This document shows positions 13,913 to 28,106 of a stretch of DNA of 64,000 bases, piece after piece. The first letter of the stretch is position 1, and each line of letters opens with the position of its first letter. The stretch is from positions 35,836,001 through 35,900,000 of the forward strand of contig OX597822.1 in the NCBI GenBank assembly GCA_951406725.2. Direction: 5' to 3'. The translations under genes and the position numbers were made by a program. The notes under the pieces are model-generated. The model did not search any database and was not told the DNA's origin. It saw only the letters and a program-made list of their open reading frames with translations. The DNA comes from Octopus vulgaris. Lineage: Eukaryota.

Positions 13913-14589
13913 CATTATTATTATTATTATTATTATTATTACTAGCTGACCCCATGCCATCAAAAATGACAGCTAATTGTAGTATTTTATATATAAAAAG
14001 GATACAAAAAGGTGAAAGAAAAATCAGACAGTGCTTCAACTTGTGTGCTCGTGTGTGTGAGAGAGAGAGGGAGGGAGCATATATGTATACATTTATGTGT
14101 ATGAGTAGCATAGTCTGTAGCAAACACAGTTTTCTATACTTTGTCACAGCCTACTTCCTTCCTTTTTAAGTGTGTTTATATATATATATATATATATGTA
14201 TGTGTAAATGTCTGTGTGTCTGTAATTCTACTTACTACGTATCTTTCTAAATAAACATACATGAACACATATAAACTCACTCAAATATATAAATATATTT
14301 CACACAAACACAGATATTCACATTGCTCCCTTTTACACACACACATATACTCACACAGAGTTGAAGTGTTGTTTGATTTTTGTTTCACCGTTGACTTTTC
14401 ATCCTCCCACTTCCATTAGTGGATCACCCCTTCCTTTCTCATTCATATGTTGTGATGGAGAAATATACATTGTTATTGCTTCCTCTCACTCCCTCTCAGT
14501 CATGGCTATTACTCTCACTACTTCTCCTTCACCAAATTACTATTTTCTCTCCTCTTCCTTCATCATTTACTCCGGCAGTATGATTTTGG

Positions 14590-14628
<39 letters not shown>

Positions 14629-14814
14629 TACATATACAAATATATATACACAAATATATATACACAAATATATATACAAATATATATATACATATATATA
14701 TAAATATATATATACATATATATATAAATATATATATACATATATATATACATATATATATATATATACATGTATACATACTTTATTTAAAAGCAACAGA
14801 AAATTCAACAAAAC

Positions 14815-14852
14815 CTGTTACTCTGAGTTTCACGTTCCCGTTCGTCGGACAG
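14815..14852 (-). ncRNA. Minimal hammerhead ribozyme-like motif (U4C core) in an ~85-bp insert between (TA)n tracts
   Basis: Minus strand: CTGT-CCGACGA-ACG(GGAA)CGT-GAAA-CTCAGAG-TA-ACAG. Confidence 0.7.
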
Positions 14853-14861
14853 TTTTTGCTA

Positions 14862-14912
<51 letters not shown>

Positions 14913-15629
14913 TATAATATGTAGAAAAATACAAACTGGGACAAGAATGTAAAACATTTAGAAGACGATACAAAAAACACGGACAGGACATTCAAAGCCT
15001 TACACACACAAATATATAAAAACACTACGCTCATTATTATATTAGGAGATTGTTATTATTATTAGCCAATTAGTGAGCCATTTAACCAACTAACTAATCA
15101 ATTAATTGATTATTCAGTCAATCACCTAAGTATATAAAAAGTCCTTCATCACCACTTGCTATCTCGTCAATGACATGCCCTCTCTGCTCCAGGCTTGCTT
15201 TAGAACTGCTTGTCTCTTCTAACTGGCCAGGCTCTCACTCAGTTACTACGATGACTGTTCCAGTTGTCTCGATCAATGGAATAGCCTGCTTGTGAAATTA
15301 ATGTGCAAGTGGCTGAGCCCTCCACAGTTCTCGGGGAGATTCTGTGTGACACATAATGTGACAAGGCTGGCCCTTGTCACATTTGAATTACAGATACAAC
15401 TCATTTTTGCCAGTTAAGTGGACTGGAACAAAATGAAATAAAGCCTCTTGCATAAAGACATAATACACCAAAAGGAATCGAACTCACAACCTTACGATCA
15501 TAAGCTAAATACCCAAACCACTAAGCCACGTGTCTTAATATTAAAGGTGAAAAGTAAAATCATTTCCAATTCATAAATTAATGCTAATTTAATGCAAGGA
15601 ATCCAAGTCAGAATTTCTGCTGCTTTTCA

Positions 15630-16288
15630 GTGCAGGAGTGGCTGTGTGGTAAGTAGCTGGCTTATAAACCACATGGTTCCAGGTTCAGTCCCATGGCATG
15701 GCACCTTGGGCAAGTGTCTTCTACTATAGCCTCGGGCCAACCAAAGCCTTGTAAGTGGATTTGATAGACGGAAACTGAAAGAAGCCTGTCATATATATTT
15801 CTTTACTACCCACAAGGGGCTAAACATAGAGGGGACAAACAAGGACAGACAAAGGGATTAAGTCGATTACATCGACCCCAGTGCGTAACTGGTACTTAAT
15901 TTATCGACCCCGAAAGGATGAAAGGCAAAGTCGACCTCGGCGGAATTTGAACCCAGAACACTTAATGGCAGACGAAATACGGCTACGCATTTCGCCCGAC
16001 GTGCTAACGTTTCTGCCAGCTCGCCGCCTGTATTTCGCCCGACGTGCTAATGAAGCCTGTCATATATATATGTGTGTGTGTGTGTGTTTGTCCCCACCCC
16101 CTGCTTGACAACTGATACTGGTGTGTTTACGTCCCCGTAACTTAGTGCTTTGGCAAAAGAGATCAATAGAATAAGTACTAGGCATACAAAGAATAAGTCC
16201 TGGGGTCGATTTGCTTGACTAAAGGTGGTGCTCCAGCATGGCTGCAGTCAAACGACTGAAGCAAATGATAGAATAAAAGAATAAAAGA
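15630..16288 (+). mobile_element. SINE family K interrupted by an antisense family-M SINE (15796-16028)
   Basis: Same head and tail as 52520-52915; GAAGCCTGTCATATATAT occurs on both sides of the insert. Confidence 0.85.
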
Positions 16289-16970
16289 ATACTACATGTA
16301 ACCCTATTAAACTTGTGTTATGAATTCAACTCCAGAAGACATGGAATGGAATACAGTGTCACAGAAATATAGTTTCACTCTCAGTGTCAATATGTACATG
16401 TGTGTTAGTCTCTGGGGAGTTGACCTAATTTTAAGAGACATTTTATTCTATGTGGGTGTATGAAATAGCAATGAAGAATGTGTTCTCTATATATATGCCT
16501 GTGCCTGTGATTGTATGGATGTGTTGTATGTGCATGTGTATGTGTGTATACATGAAAATACGACTGAATATAAAATACCAGTGTTGGTACCATCAATGGA
16601 TACAAATATTTTTTGCATATTGTCACATAGTTACAAGGCCTTTTGTTTTCTTGTTGATAGTTTACTTTGCACATGCCTACTGCCTACCACAAGTATTTCC
16701 TCATGGAACATGCCTTATAAGTGCATACAGATTGTTAAAAATTTCTGTTATAACAAGTAAAAATAAAAGTGCAATCTGATAAATAAATAATTTGAGACAT
16801 AGGATATTTTTTTTTAAAAAGTCAAAATACTAATTTTACAGTGCCAACAAACTTTTGAAAACCTTATTTGAGTAAGCTCTGCAGTTACCACAGGTTTTCT
16901 TAAGATAAGCAATTGCTATTTACATTTCAAGATTGTTGCCAGCCTGTTAGGTAGAAATACCACACATGTC

Positions 16971-17021
<51 letters not shown>

Positions 17022-17022
<1 letters not shown>

Positions 17023-17545
17023 GATTGGAAGTGTTATCATGTACATTGTTTTGTCTTGGTATAAAAGATGGGTTGCAGCAAATATTCTGCTCAGTACCAC
17101 AGATTTGTTTATCAGTCGTTTGACCTTAATCAATTGAGCTTGTCCCTTAGTGGCTGACAATATGTGCATCTCTGATCACAAGCAAAAGTAGTGGGGGAAC
17201 CTCACAGCCATGTGTTGAGAGGAATTCTTTGTGGTTTGGATAATTCACTTTTGGAAACATGGGTGTTTCAATCAACATCCTTAAACAACCCTTATTCAGG
17301 GACCTTTTGAGCAGGATGGACTACTCGACCTGAAGAAAATTCTAACTGAGCTCCACTTGCAAGGTCATGCACTGTTTATCTTGATATAGGGTCACCATGT
17401 TATGCACATATGGTTGTGATGCATGTGTCTGGTGTACCCTTATCAGACAGGTAGTCATGATGGGTATACTGGGCTTCGTATATTTTACCCCAGTGTCACT
17501 TTGATGGCGTATACTGCTCTTTCACTCAATAATAATAATAATAGT
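17022..17545 (+). mobile_element. Non-LTR retroelement 3' region embedded in (AAT)n; second copy on minus strand at about 53605-54390
   Basis: Two homologous copies, (AAT)n on both flanks; possibly R4/Dong-type (inference). Confidence 0.6.
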
Positions 17546-17549
17546 AATA

Positions 17550-18327
17550 AAGTTTCTAATTTAGGTACAAGGCCAATAATTTGGAGGGTAGTGGAGTTAG
17601 CTAAGTGTATCAACTCCAGTGCTTGACTGGTACTTTACTACATCAACATCAACCTAAAAGCAATGGAAGGCTGAGTTGACCTCAACAGAATTTGAACTCA
17701 GGATGTGAAGAAACCAAAAGAAATGCCTCTCACCATTCTGTTCAATGTGCTAACAATTCATCCAGTTCGATAATAATGTTTCTAATTTAGGCACTTGGCC
17801 GGTAATCTGATTGATTGTCAATTAACGCTTAAGCATTTAAACCAACTGGGCCAAATATTCTAACTGTTCTATGTTTAAACTAGCAAGATCTGGCCTCTCA
17901 CATCTACCCTACAGTCATTCTAATAATCCTTTTTACTATAGGCACAATACCTGAAACTTTAGGGAGAGGGATTAATTGATTACATCAATTCCCGTGCTCA
18001 GCTGCTGGTACTTTTTTTTTTTTTTATCAATCCAATGACCTGAGAAGACGAAAGGTAAAATTGACTCCAGCAGCCTTTGAACTCACAATGTAAAGACAGA
18101 CAAAATACCATTAAGCATTTTGTCCAACATGCTCATGATTCTGTCAGCTCACTGCCTTTTAAATACAAATAATAATAATCATCATCATCATCATCATCGT
18201 TTAATGTCCGTTCTCCATGCTAGCATGGGTTGGACGGTTCGACCGGGGATCTGGGAAGCCAGAATGCTGCACCAGGCTCCAGTCTGATCTGGCAGTGTTT
18301 CTACAGCTGGATGCCCTTCCTAACGCC

Positions 18328-18358
<31 letters not shown>

Positions 18359-18895
18359 GTTTCAAATTTTGCCACAAGGGCAGACATTTCCAGGAGAAGG
18401 GGTCAAGTCCATTATATCAACCCCAGTGTTTCTCTAGTACTTAATTTGTTGATCCTGAAAGGATGAAAGGCAAAGACAATCTCGGTAGAATTTGAACTCA
18501 GAACGCAATGGCAGACAAAATACCACTAATCATTTTGTCCAACATGCTCATGATTCTGTCAGCTCACTGCCTTTTAAATAATAATAATAATAATAGTTTT
18601 AAATATTGGCACAAGGCAAGTAATTTTGGGGAAGGAGGAAACTTGATTACATCAGCCCCAGGGATCAGCTGGTACTTATTTCATTGACTCCAAAAGGATG
18701 AAAGGCAAAGTCAACTTTGGCAGAATTTGAACTCAGAAAATAAAGGATGAAATGCCACTAAGCACTTTGTCCGGAGTCTAACAATTCTGCCAGCAAAGTT
18801 GACCTCAACAGAATTTGAACTCAGAACATAGCAACAGGCAAAATGTCACTAAGCATTTTGCCTAGCATGCTAACCATTCTGCCAGCTCACCACCT
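17550..18895 (-). mobile_element. Cluster of family-M SINE copies plus an RTE tail
   Basis: Repeated GAATTTGAACTCAGAAC and GGATGAAAGGCAAAG motifs. Confidence 0.8.
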
Positions 18896-19401
18896 TAATA
18901 AGAAAAATAACAACCACAAAAATAATTTTCCATTCAGGACCTAATATGTACTAGCCTTCTGTTAGTCTTTTGCTTTGGTTAGAGAAGAGCAGTGAGGCAT
19001 GCAAGACTTTGGCAATATATGTACATGCAAAAATTTTTTATAAAAATACATATCAAAAGGTATCGTCATAATATTTATCTAACTTGTGGCGTTGTCTAAA
19101 ACTAGAACAAATATATTTTCTAAAATGGGTCTGACCAAGTTAACAAGCACCGTATGCTATTTAATATATATTAATGTTTTCAAGAATCTCTGTTATGTCT
19201 ATCATTGCTGGAGCTTTCTGAAATGTAAAATAAAAAATAAATAAAATCCGCAAAAAAAAAAAACCAAAAGTACTTGGAATTATATTTAGTTTGATATCTT
19301 TGGCAATACAGACAGACAGTTGGACCAACAGCTAGACAAGGGTGGAGCTGAATCTGCGAAAACTACACGCACATGCACATGTTCACACACACACACACAT
19401 A

Positions 19402-19438
<37 letters not shown>

Positions 19439-19489
19439 GTGTGTGTGTATATATAACTATATATATGTGTATATGTATATAAATATATA

Positions 19490-19591
<102 letters not shown>

Positions 19592-19624
19592 TACATACAA
19601 TTATACATATATATATATACATAC

Positions 19625-19673
<49 letters not shown>

Positions 19674-19789
19674 TATACACACACACATAAAACACATATA
19701 ACATTCCATACTCTGAGTAAATCACGTTATTTTCACTAAAAATAAATATGACCACAACAAAAAGTTATTCTATCTTCTTAAGCAAATGT

Positions 19790-19829
<40 letters not shown>

Positions 19830-20191
19830 ATGTATGTATGTATGTATGTATGTAGGTATGTATGTATGTATGTATGTATGTATGTATGTATGTATGTTCC
19901 AAGTTGTTGGCTATAGTTTTGCTTTCAGGTAGCCAAAACTTTGTAGAATGGCATTATCTTTGCAAGGAAAAGATCAAAGGTTACATGACCTTTTCTGATG
20001 CTTGCCATAAATCTGCAGGCATGGTTGTGTGGTTAAGTTCATTTTGTAACTATGTTGTTTCAGGTTCAGTCCCATTGCACAGCACCCTGAGCAAATGTCT
20101 TTTTCTATGGCCACAAACCAACCAAAGCCTCATGAATGAATTTCGTTGGTGGAAGCCCATAGGCTGATTTTATATATATATATATATATAT

Positions 20192-20681
20192 AGATCAATA
20201 AATAGTGGGGTTGTGTTGACCGCACGTGGAGAAATGATAAGCAAGGAAAAATTGTAAAAGGCAGATGGGATTAAATCCATGTGTTGTTTAATTTAATTAA
20301 GAGACACCCTTAATTAAATTAAACAACACATGGATTTAATCCCATTGGATCTCAATACTTCAAGGTTATTTTTTCGTGAACAATCATTAAACTCAAGATA
20401 CACAAAGACTTTACAATGTATCGGAGTACCTATTTTTTAATTTTTGTATATATTTATTTTTATTTTTTTGCAAAAAACAATGTAATTTTCTTTTTTGCCC
20501 TTCCTCACATTTAAAAAAATTTTTTCTTTACAATTCTTGAAAAGTCACATTATGACGAAAACCGGTTTGAATTAATATATATATATATTTTATCAATTTT
20601 TCAAAATTTTCCATACACCCATTTTCATTAAAAATTTTTTTCAATTCAGCATTCTGCCTTTTTACAATTTTTCCTTGCTTA

Positions 20682-20682
<1 letters not shown>
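20192..20682 (+). mobile_element. Penelope-like remnant with a 5' foldback and a hammerhead motif, inside (TA)n
   Basis: 37-bp perfect palindrome 20265-20345; inverted repeats 20237-20265/20653-20682; hammerhead motif at 20532-20573. Confidence 0.65.
20532..20573 (+). ncRNA. Minimal hammerhead ribozyme motif, U3-A8 covariant core
   Basis: AATTC-TTGAAAA-GTCA(CATTA)TGAC-GAAA-ACCGGT-TT-GAATT. Confidence 0.7.
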
Positions 20683-20723
<41 letters not shown>

Positions 20724-21415
20724 CATATATATATGTATATATATAGGCACAGACATGGCTGTGTGGTAAGAAGCTTGCTTCCAAACCATATCGTTCTGGA
20801 TTCAGTCCCACTGCGTAGCATCTTGGTCAAGTATCTTCTGAAAGAAGCCCATTGTGTGTGTGCATGTGTTTGTGTGCATGTGTTTGTGTGTGTGTTTGTC
20901 TTTGTATATATGTTTGTCCCAGTCTTCCAATGCTTGACAACCGGTGTTAGTTCGTTTATATCCCTATATCATCATGGTTCAGCTAAATAGACCATTAGAA
21001 TTTGTTCAGCTAAACCCTGCAAGGCTGAAGTATGGCCACAGTCAAATGACTGAAACAAGTAGAAGATAAACGATATTACTACTATCACCTGATCACATGA
21101 TTAACCAGACTACCAGATGTTGTACATCACTGGTCACTATGCGTTTTGCATCATTCTTAGTCTTCAAATGATGCCACCCCACTTGCTATGCAAGCAGGTC
21201 AACATTTCCTTTGATCGAAAGGAGACTGGAGCAACATGAAATGAAGTGCTTTGCTAAAGAACACGACCTGCCACCCAGTCTGGAAACTGAACCCACAATC
21301 TGGCAATCATGAGTGCAACAGCCTAACCACTAGGCCACATTACTGATACACTATAGTTATATTTTACTAATTCTGCTACTGGCTTTCTTCCTTTTGGTAT
21401 CAGGGTAACAAATCT

Positions 21416-21893
21416 GGGTACTTTTTGGTTGCCTCACCCCCATTAAAAAAAATTGGGTTATCTCTCCCCCCCCCCCCCATAAAAACAAGAAATATCAGTA
21501 CTTCTGGTTATCTCCTTCACCTAAAAAAATTGTTTAACCCTCAATAATACAAAAAAAAATGAAAAATTGATAAACATAAAAAGTGAAAAGATGAAACATC
21601 ATTTTGAATCTGAATATAATTTTATAACAAATCGTACAAAACTGAAAAAATTAGACATCTTACTGAATTTGATGATATTTTTATAACAAATCACACCATT
21701 CCTATTGAGGAGGCCAATAGTTAAACAATGTGTTGAAGTATTGAATCAAAAGGATTTAACTTTTTTAATCCAATCTCTTTGTAACTTTTTTAATCCAATC
21801 TCTTGTCGCCACATTAACTCAATTTTTACTGGGGAGACAACCCAATTTTTTAATGGCAATTTTTAATGGGGGTGAGATAACCAAAAAGTACCC
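21416..21893. mobile_element. MITE with ~30-bp terminal inverted repeats (GGGTACTTTTTGGTT...), superfamily unassigned
   Basis: GGGTACTTTTTGGTTGCCTCACCCCCATTAAAA versus TTTTAATGGGGGTGAGATAACCAAAAAGTACCC; possible TSD AAATCT/AAATTT. Confidence 0.8.
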
Positions 21894-22810
21894 AAATTTG
21901 TTTCTCCATCCACCTACAGCCTACTTCTCTTTAGAGGCCAGAATTGATTGACATGGCACATTGTAATACAAAAAATTACTAATCAGTTTAACAAGCTCTA
22001 TTTTCATACAAAATATCAGTACTGAACTATTCCCACTGAACACACCCACTCCCACCAAAGCCCTAAGCCAACAAGGAAGTATCTAAGGGAGGAGGAAAGG
22101 TGTCATGACCTGCTAAAAATAGCATTTAAATTTCCTTTAAATCAATTCCATCCGGCTTATAAAAAGGAAAGGTACACTGAATAATGTAGTCCTCAATACA
22201 CTGCATCTAAAGACAAAAGAATAGGATGGTCACAGCTATAGTTATTTCAATAACTCTCCACTTACAATCCTGCTCTTGTTTAACACCAACCTGACCCTAA
22301 TCCTGCAGACACCCAATTAAAAGTCTTCTGCCTTTGACCATCCTAACATTTTCTTAGATACAATAGATCCAAGAGTACATTGTTTACAGTGTCCTTTCTT
22401 TTTTAAGTGAGTCAGGTGTGACTCGGGGAAATTTGATTGCTATTTCTAGCAAGTCAAACAATAGTGAAACTATAGATTACAAAAGATGTCCTTTTGGCAT
22501 TTTATTCTAGCTTTCTACATTTCAAGATTTGCATCCCTCACCAGAGTGGACAATTTTCTGTCCTTCAGACATCAATAAAATTTATGCCATATTTATTGAC
22601 ATACAAGATGCATGGACATATTAATGCATCCCCAATCTTAACAGAGTATCATCATCATTCTCATCAATGTCCATCTTCCATGCTGACTTGGACTGGATGG
22701 CTTGACAGGAGTTAGCAAGCCAGAGGACTGCACCAAACCCCACTGTCTGTTTTGTCATGGCTTTTTACAGCTGGATTCCCTTCCAAATGCCAACCACCGG
22801 ACAGAGTGAA

Positions 22811-22892
22811 CTGGCACAGGTGAGGTCTGTTTACATGTCACCGGCACAGGTGAGGTCTGTTTACATGTCACCGGCACAGGTGAGGTCTGTTT
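22811..22892. repeat. 30-bp minisatellite, ~3 copies, inside an RTE-derived element
   Basis: CCGGCACAGGTGAGGTCTGTTTACATGTCA repeated. Confidence 0.9.
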
Positions 22893-25534
22893 GGCACAGT
22901 TTTCAAGGCTGGATGCCTTTTCTAGCATCAAACATTTTACAGAGTGGACTAAGTTCTTTTTATGTGGCACCAGCACTAGCAAGATCTGCTTTGGCATGGT
23001 TTTTACAGCTGGATTCCTTTCTAAATGTCAGTCACTTTACAGAGTGGATTGAATGTTTTTTTACATGGCACTAACACTAGCAAGGTCACCCAGCAACTTG
23101 CAAGAGAAAGATCTTTTGAAAGCAGGGTATTGGAAGAGGTGGCTTTGAGCCAGGTGGTGAGAGGGTCATGTATGACAGAGGGACAGAAACATATGTTTTA
23201 CTGTAGAGGAGATACATGGTTATCCCAGTCAGAGAGAGAGAGAGAGAGAGAGAGAGCAAGAGTGAGAGAGAGCAAGAGTGAGAGAGAGCAAGAGAGAGAG
23301 AGCAAGAGCGAGAGAGCGAGAGTGAGAGTGAAAAAGAGCAAGAGAGATGGTGATGATGTGCCAAGATATATTCTCCAGGTATAGGGGTAGTGTATTGAGG
23401 CAAGTAATATTTAAAGCAACTTCACATATAGGACTTGGGATGGGTTTTTTTTTTTTTGGAGGGTTGAGACTTTTCGGGGCAAAAAAATGTGCATCTTAAA
23501 TACCATCAAATATGGCACACATCATGTACTTTTACTTCTATTTTTATCTCACAGTAAAGTGGTGAGCTGGCAGATCTGACAGCATGCCAGGCAAAATGCT
23601 TAGCAGTATGTCATCCATCTCTGCCAAGGTCGACCTTGCCTTTCATCCTTTTAGGGGGTTATCAGTTGAGGATCAAGTACTGGAGTCCACGTAATTGACT
23701 TCCCCATCCCCTCAAAACCTGCTGGCCCTGTGCAAAAATTTGAAACCATTTTTATCTTATAGTCAGAAGAAAGGGCAATGTCAAGGACCCTTTACAAGAT
23801 AGGGCTTATGAGATAAGTGGGGGAGGAGGGAAGAAGGTGTCCCCAAATCAGAGATTTGACCTAAATGCTTGCAATGGAATACACTTTACCAAAGGCAGTC
23901 AGGGCAGCAGGGTTACAAGCACTGCATTCCCCCCTAACTGAAAACAGAAAAGAAAAAAAATGAAAAATTGTGGCTGTGTGGTAAGAAGCTTGCTTTCCAA
24001 CTACATGGTTTCTGGTTCAGTTCCACTGCATGGCACCTTGAGCAAATGTCTTCTATTATAGCCTTGAACTGACCAAAGCCTTATGAGTGGATTTGGTAGA
24101 TGAGAACTGAAAGAAACCCATTGTATATATGTATGAGTGTGTGTATGTATGTATGTATGTATGTATGTATGTATGTATGAGTGTGTATATGTATGTATGT
24201 GTGGGTACGTATCTATATGTTTGTGCATATTTATGTATTATATATGTATGTATTTGTGTGTGTGTCTTTGTGTATGCATTTGTCCCTAACCATCACTTGA
24301 GAACCACTGCTGGTTTTTTCACACTAATGTAACTTAGCATTGTGGTTCAACAACAGAGACCAAGACCAAGAGAATGAGTACCAGGTTCAAAATACATAAG
24401 TACTGGAGTTAATTTGTTCGACTAAACCCTTCAAGGTAGTGTCCCAGGATGGTTGCAGTCCAATGACTGAAACAAGTAAAAGAAGATAGTGTCTATCAGG
24501 AATTGGTACCTAAATATTTGGAATCATTACAGGTTACAGACTAGTTTGTGCCATATATATAGAATTGGTTCAACTATCAATATTGCATTCTTGGTACAAC
24601 ACCTCAAAAACAGAAGTTCGCAGGTCCTTAACAATAAAATCCTTGAAGTTTTACTGGAGGTATTTACATTTATAAAGAAACAACTCACTGTTTTATTCAA
24701 ATGGTTAGAGATCCCCTTTGGATATGAATGACTATAGGATGGCACCTAGAAAGTTCCCCTCCGGGGCACAAGTCCAGGCAAGGTTATTTATAGAAGACTA
24801 GCAATTGCCCATGCATACCAGCCTCCCCTCTCCATGCCACCAATGATATCCAAGGGAATGGCAAAGGCTGATACAGCATGGCACCAGTGACGTCACAACT
24901 CATTACTACAGTTGAGTGAACGTGAAATAAAGTGTCTTGCTCAAGAACATCACACAGCCCAGTCCAGAAATTGAACTCACTATCTCATGATTGTGAGCCC
25001 AATGCTCAACCATTTGTTCTAGCCCCAATTTATAAGGCAAATTATTATGCTGCCTTAGTACAGTTATAATACTGCAGCTGTTAAATATTGATTACTGAGC
25101 AGGCAACCCCTATACGGTCTCTTGACCTGCTAGAAACAAGCAGACAATCTACCTTGAATTAACCCAACCACTGTAAAAGAAAAAAAAGGGAAAGCCACAT
25201 GAGATAATGCAGTTTTAGATATGTCTAAAGAGAATAGCCAAGGTCAATTGCCATTAGATAAGGATTGACCAGAGGTCAAATAACAACAAACTAGGTTGCT
25301 GTACAGCTTTTACATTAAAACATTGAGGATGCATCACTTCACTCATGAGAACAATACTTCACTTAAGCCTACAAAGGTGTGTCTATATGGTCACTCAACA
25401 TGCTAGAAACAGCAGCCAAAATTCTCTCATAGCACAATTAAATGAAGAACACACTGGATCGTATAGTTTTAGATGTACCTCTAAAATGATGGAATGGTCA
25501 AAGATAGAATGCCATTGGTCATAGATTTGGTCAA

Positions 25535-25612
25535 ACAGGGTGAGGGCTTCAGCATCTCTGAGTGTGAAAAAATGTTTCCAAAAGTCATGGGAGCTGTGCT
25601 GTTTTCTGACCA
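25535..25612 (-). mobile_element. Short fragment of the CR1 LINE seen at 39630-40430
   Basis: VRKQHSSHDFWKHFFTLR(D/V)AEA shared between the two. Confidence 0.8.
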
Positions 25613-26657
25613 GACTATTCGATGTTGTTATACACTGCTGGTCACAATGTACTTCCTCGAATTGTTGTAGCTTTCGAATGATGCCACCCTGTTGGCTAAG
25701 CAGGCAGGCAGGCCACAATATTCTTCATCAACAGAACACTATTCCATTGCAGGGTTATCCATTTACAGCTGAGTTGTCTGGAGGAAAGTGAAATGAAGTG
25801 TTTTGCTCAAGAGCACAACACATCACCAGTCTTGGAATTGAAACCACAATCTTGTGATCATGAGTGCAACACCCTAACCACTAAGCCATGCACCTTCACA
25901 CACACATGCGAGTGTGTGTGTGTGTGTGTGTTTGTAAAGGCATGACTACATAAGCACAGACATGATTATGTAGTTGAGAAGCTTACTAATATGTATACAT
26001 AGAGGTGTGTATGTGTGTATATATGTTTGTGTGTGTGTGAGTGTGTTTGTATATATATATCTGTATGAAGTCAGTGTTAGCCCAAAATATTTGCAACATT
26101 AGCAACAAAGCAAGAAAAATGCTGGTTGCTAACAAAGAAAAATGTGTGTACCCTAAGACTCCTAAAAAAGGATGCTTTCAATGCATTAAGCAGATGAGAT
26201 GCATCTTTTTTCACAATAGGATGCCAATCTATATATAGCATTTAAAACATACCAAGTGCAGGTATGGCTGCATGTTTAACAAGTTCACTTTGCAACCCTG
26301 CGGTACATATACATGCATGCATATGTGTGTGCATGCACGTGTGTGTGTATGTGCATTCAAATGTGTATGAATGTTATATTCTACGTTTGTCACCACCTCT
26401 TTAGTAAAAGAGTAATGATATTGACATTACTTGTTGACTTTATGACTGGTTGATTTGTGCTGTCAAAACAAAAACCTCCCAAATAAGGAAACCCTTTACT
26501 TGGAAAACTGGTATCAAGTCATAAAATTTTTGCCTCAAATAACTCCCCATTTAACCTATGCCAGCATAGAAAAAAAAAACAGATGTTAAATGAACAAAGA
26601 GTCAAAATTCATGTTAATTAAACATATGCATGCAGACTGATTTACTTGGTGTGTGTG

Positions 26658-26707
<50 letters not shown>

Positions 26708-26708
<1 letters not shown>

Positions 26709-27387
26709 GTTTCAAAAACTTCAATATCATTTTGCAATCTAATAACTTTGCCAGTTCTTGTTCAAATGACTTCAAATTTTAACAGCATGTGTAGAAACAG
26801 GTCAAAATTTAATGTTTAATGTTTGATATGTTTATCTTTCCAGGTATAGAAATGGCATTCACTGGAAGAGAAAGGGTATTTTGTGTGTTGGATTTTGCTC
26901 AAACACAGTTGAACAAGACTGTGCAGCATGCATTTGTGAGAGAGTTCTCTAAAAAGTCACCAACGGCAATGCAGATTTGGACAGAGCACAAAAAATTCAA
27001 AGAGGAAGGCTGTCTGTGTAGGGCAAAAGGATCTGGATGACCATTAACATCGGAAGAGATGGTCGAACAGGTTTGCCAAAAACTCTTGTGAAGTCCCAAG
27101 AAGTCTATTAGAAGAACAAGTCTAGAAACCCAGATTCCTCCAACCACAGTTTGGCACATCCTCAGGAAATGCCTGCTAATGAAACCCTACAAGCTGCAGC
27201 TCATTCAGTCCATAATGGCAGATAAAATCGTTCGTGGAATCCACATTCCTTTGAACTTCTCATAAAAATTTTGGAGAATAAATCTTATGTTGCTCAACAT
27301 TAAGCCTGTTTAATTTCATTTGCTTTGACTACGTAGTTTCTGTGATATTTACATCTCAAATGATATCAAATTTTTTGAAACACCCTG
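26708..27387 (+). mobile_element. Internally deleted Tc1/mariner-superfamily transposon (N-terminal HTH, DUF4817-like)
   Basis: MAFTGRERVFCVL...WTEHKKFKEEGCL..KGSG*P...SPKKSIRRTSLETQIPPTTVWHILRK..MKPYKLQL; TIRs TGTTTCAAAAA..ATATCATTT / TTTTTTGAAACACCCTG. Confidence 0.85.
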
Positions 27388-27388
27388 C

Positions 27389-27439
<51 letters not shown>

Positions 27440-27517
27440 ATTCCACCTATGGCCAGTATAGAACATGAATAGTAAATGATGATGATGATGATAGTTATAT
27501 GTGTGTGTGTGTATATG

Positions 27518-27558
<41 letters not shown>

Positions 27559-27578
27559 CATGTGTGTGTGTGTGTGTT

Positions 27579-27624
<46 letters not shown>

Positions 27625-28106
27625 TGTTTAAATATATACATATATACATATGCACACACACACATCTATCATCATCATCATCATTTACCATTCATGTTCT
27701 ATGCTGGCCACGGGTTGAATGGTTTAACAAGATTTAATGGGTCCAAGGACAGTACTGTACCCCAATATCTGCTTTAGCTGGGTTTCTATGACTGGATGGC
27801 CTTCCTAATGCCAAGCACTTTACAGTATGTACCTTTCTTCATACCACCAGCACTAGTGACATCACCATGTGATTCAAAAACTATGAATCCTGAAGGAAAG
27901 ATCGCAGTTTTGTAGCAGTGGATGATGGGTTGGAGGGGAAGGGGCCAAGTAAGATTTTGTAGAAAAGCTGCATACTTATTCACAATTAGTAGGGAAGAGA
28001 GAGAATGATCAGAGAGAGCGACCACAAGGTGGGGTGGACTGCAAGAGTGATGTTGGGGTAAGGGACAACAGTGTGTGCATATGTGTGTTGAGTGTGTATC
28101 AATACT

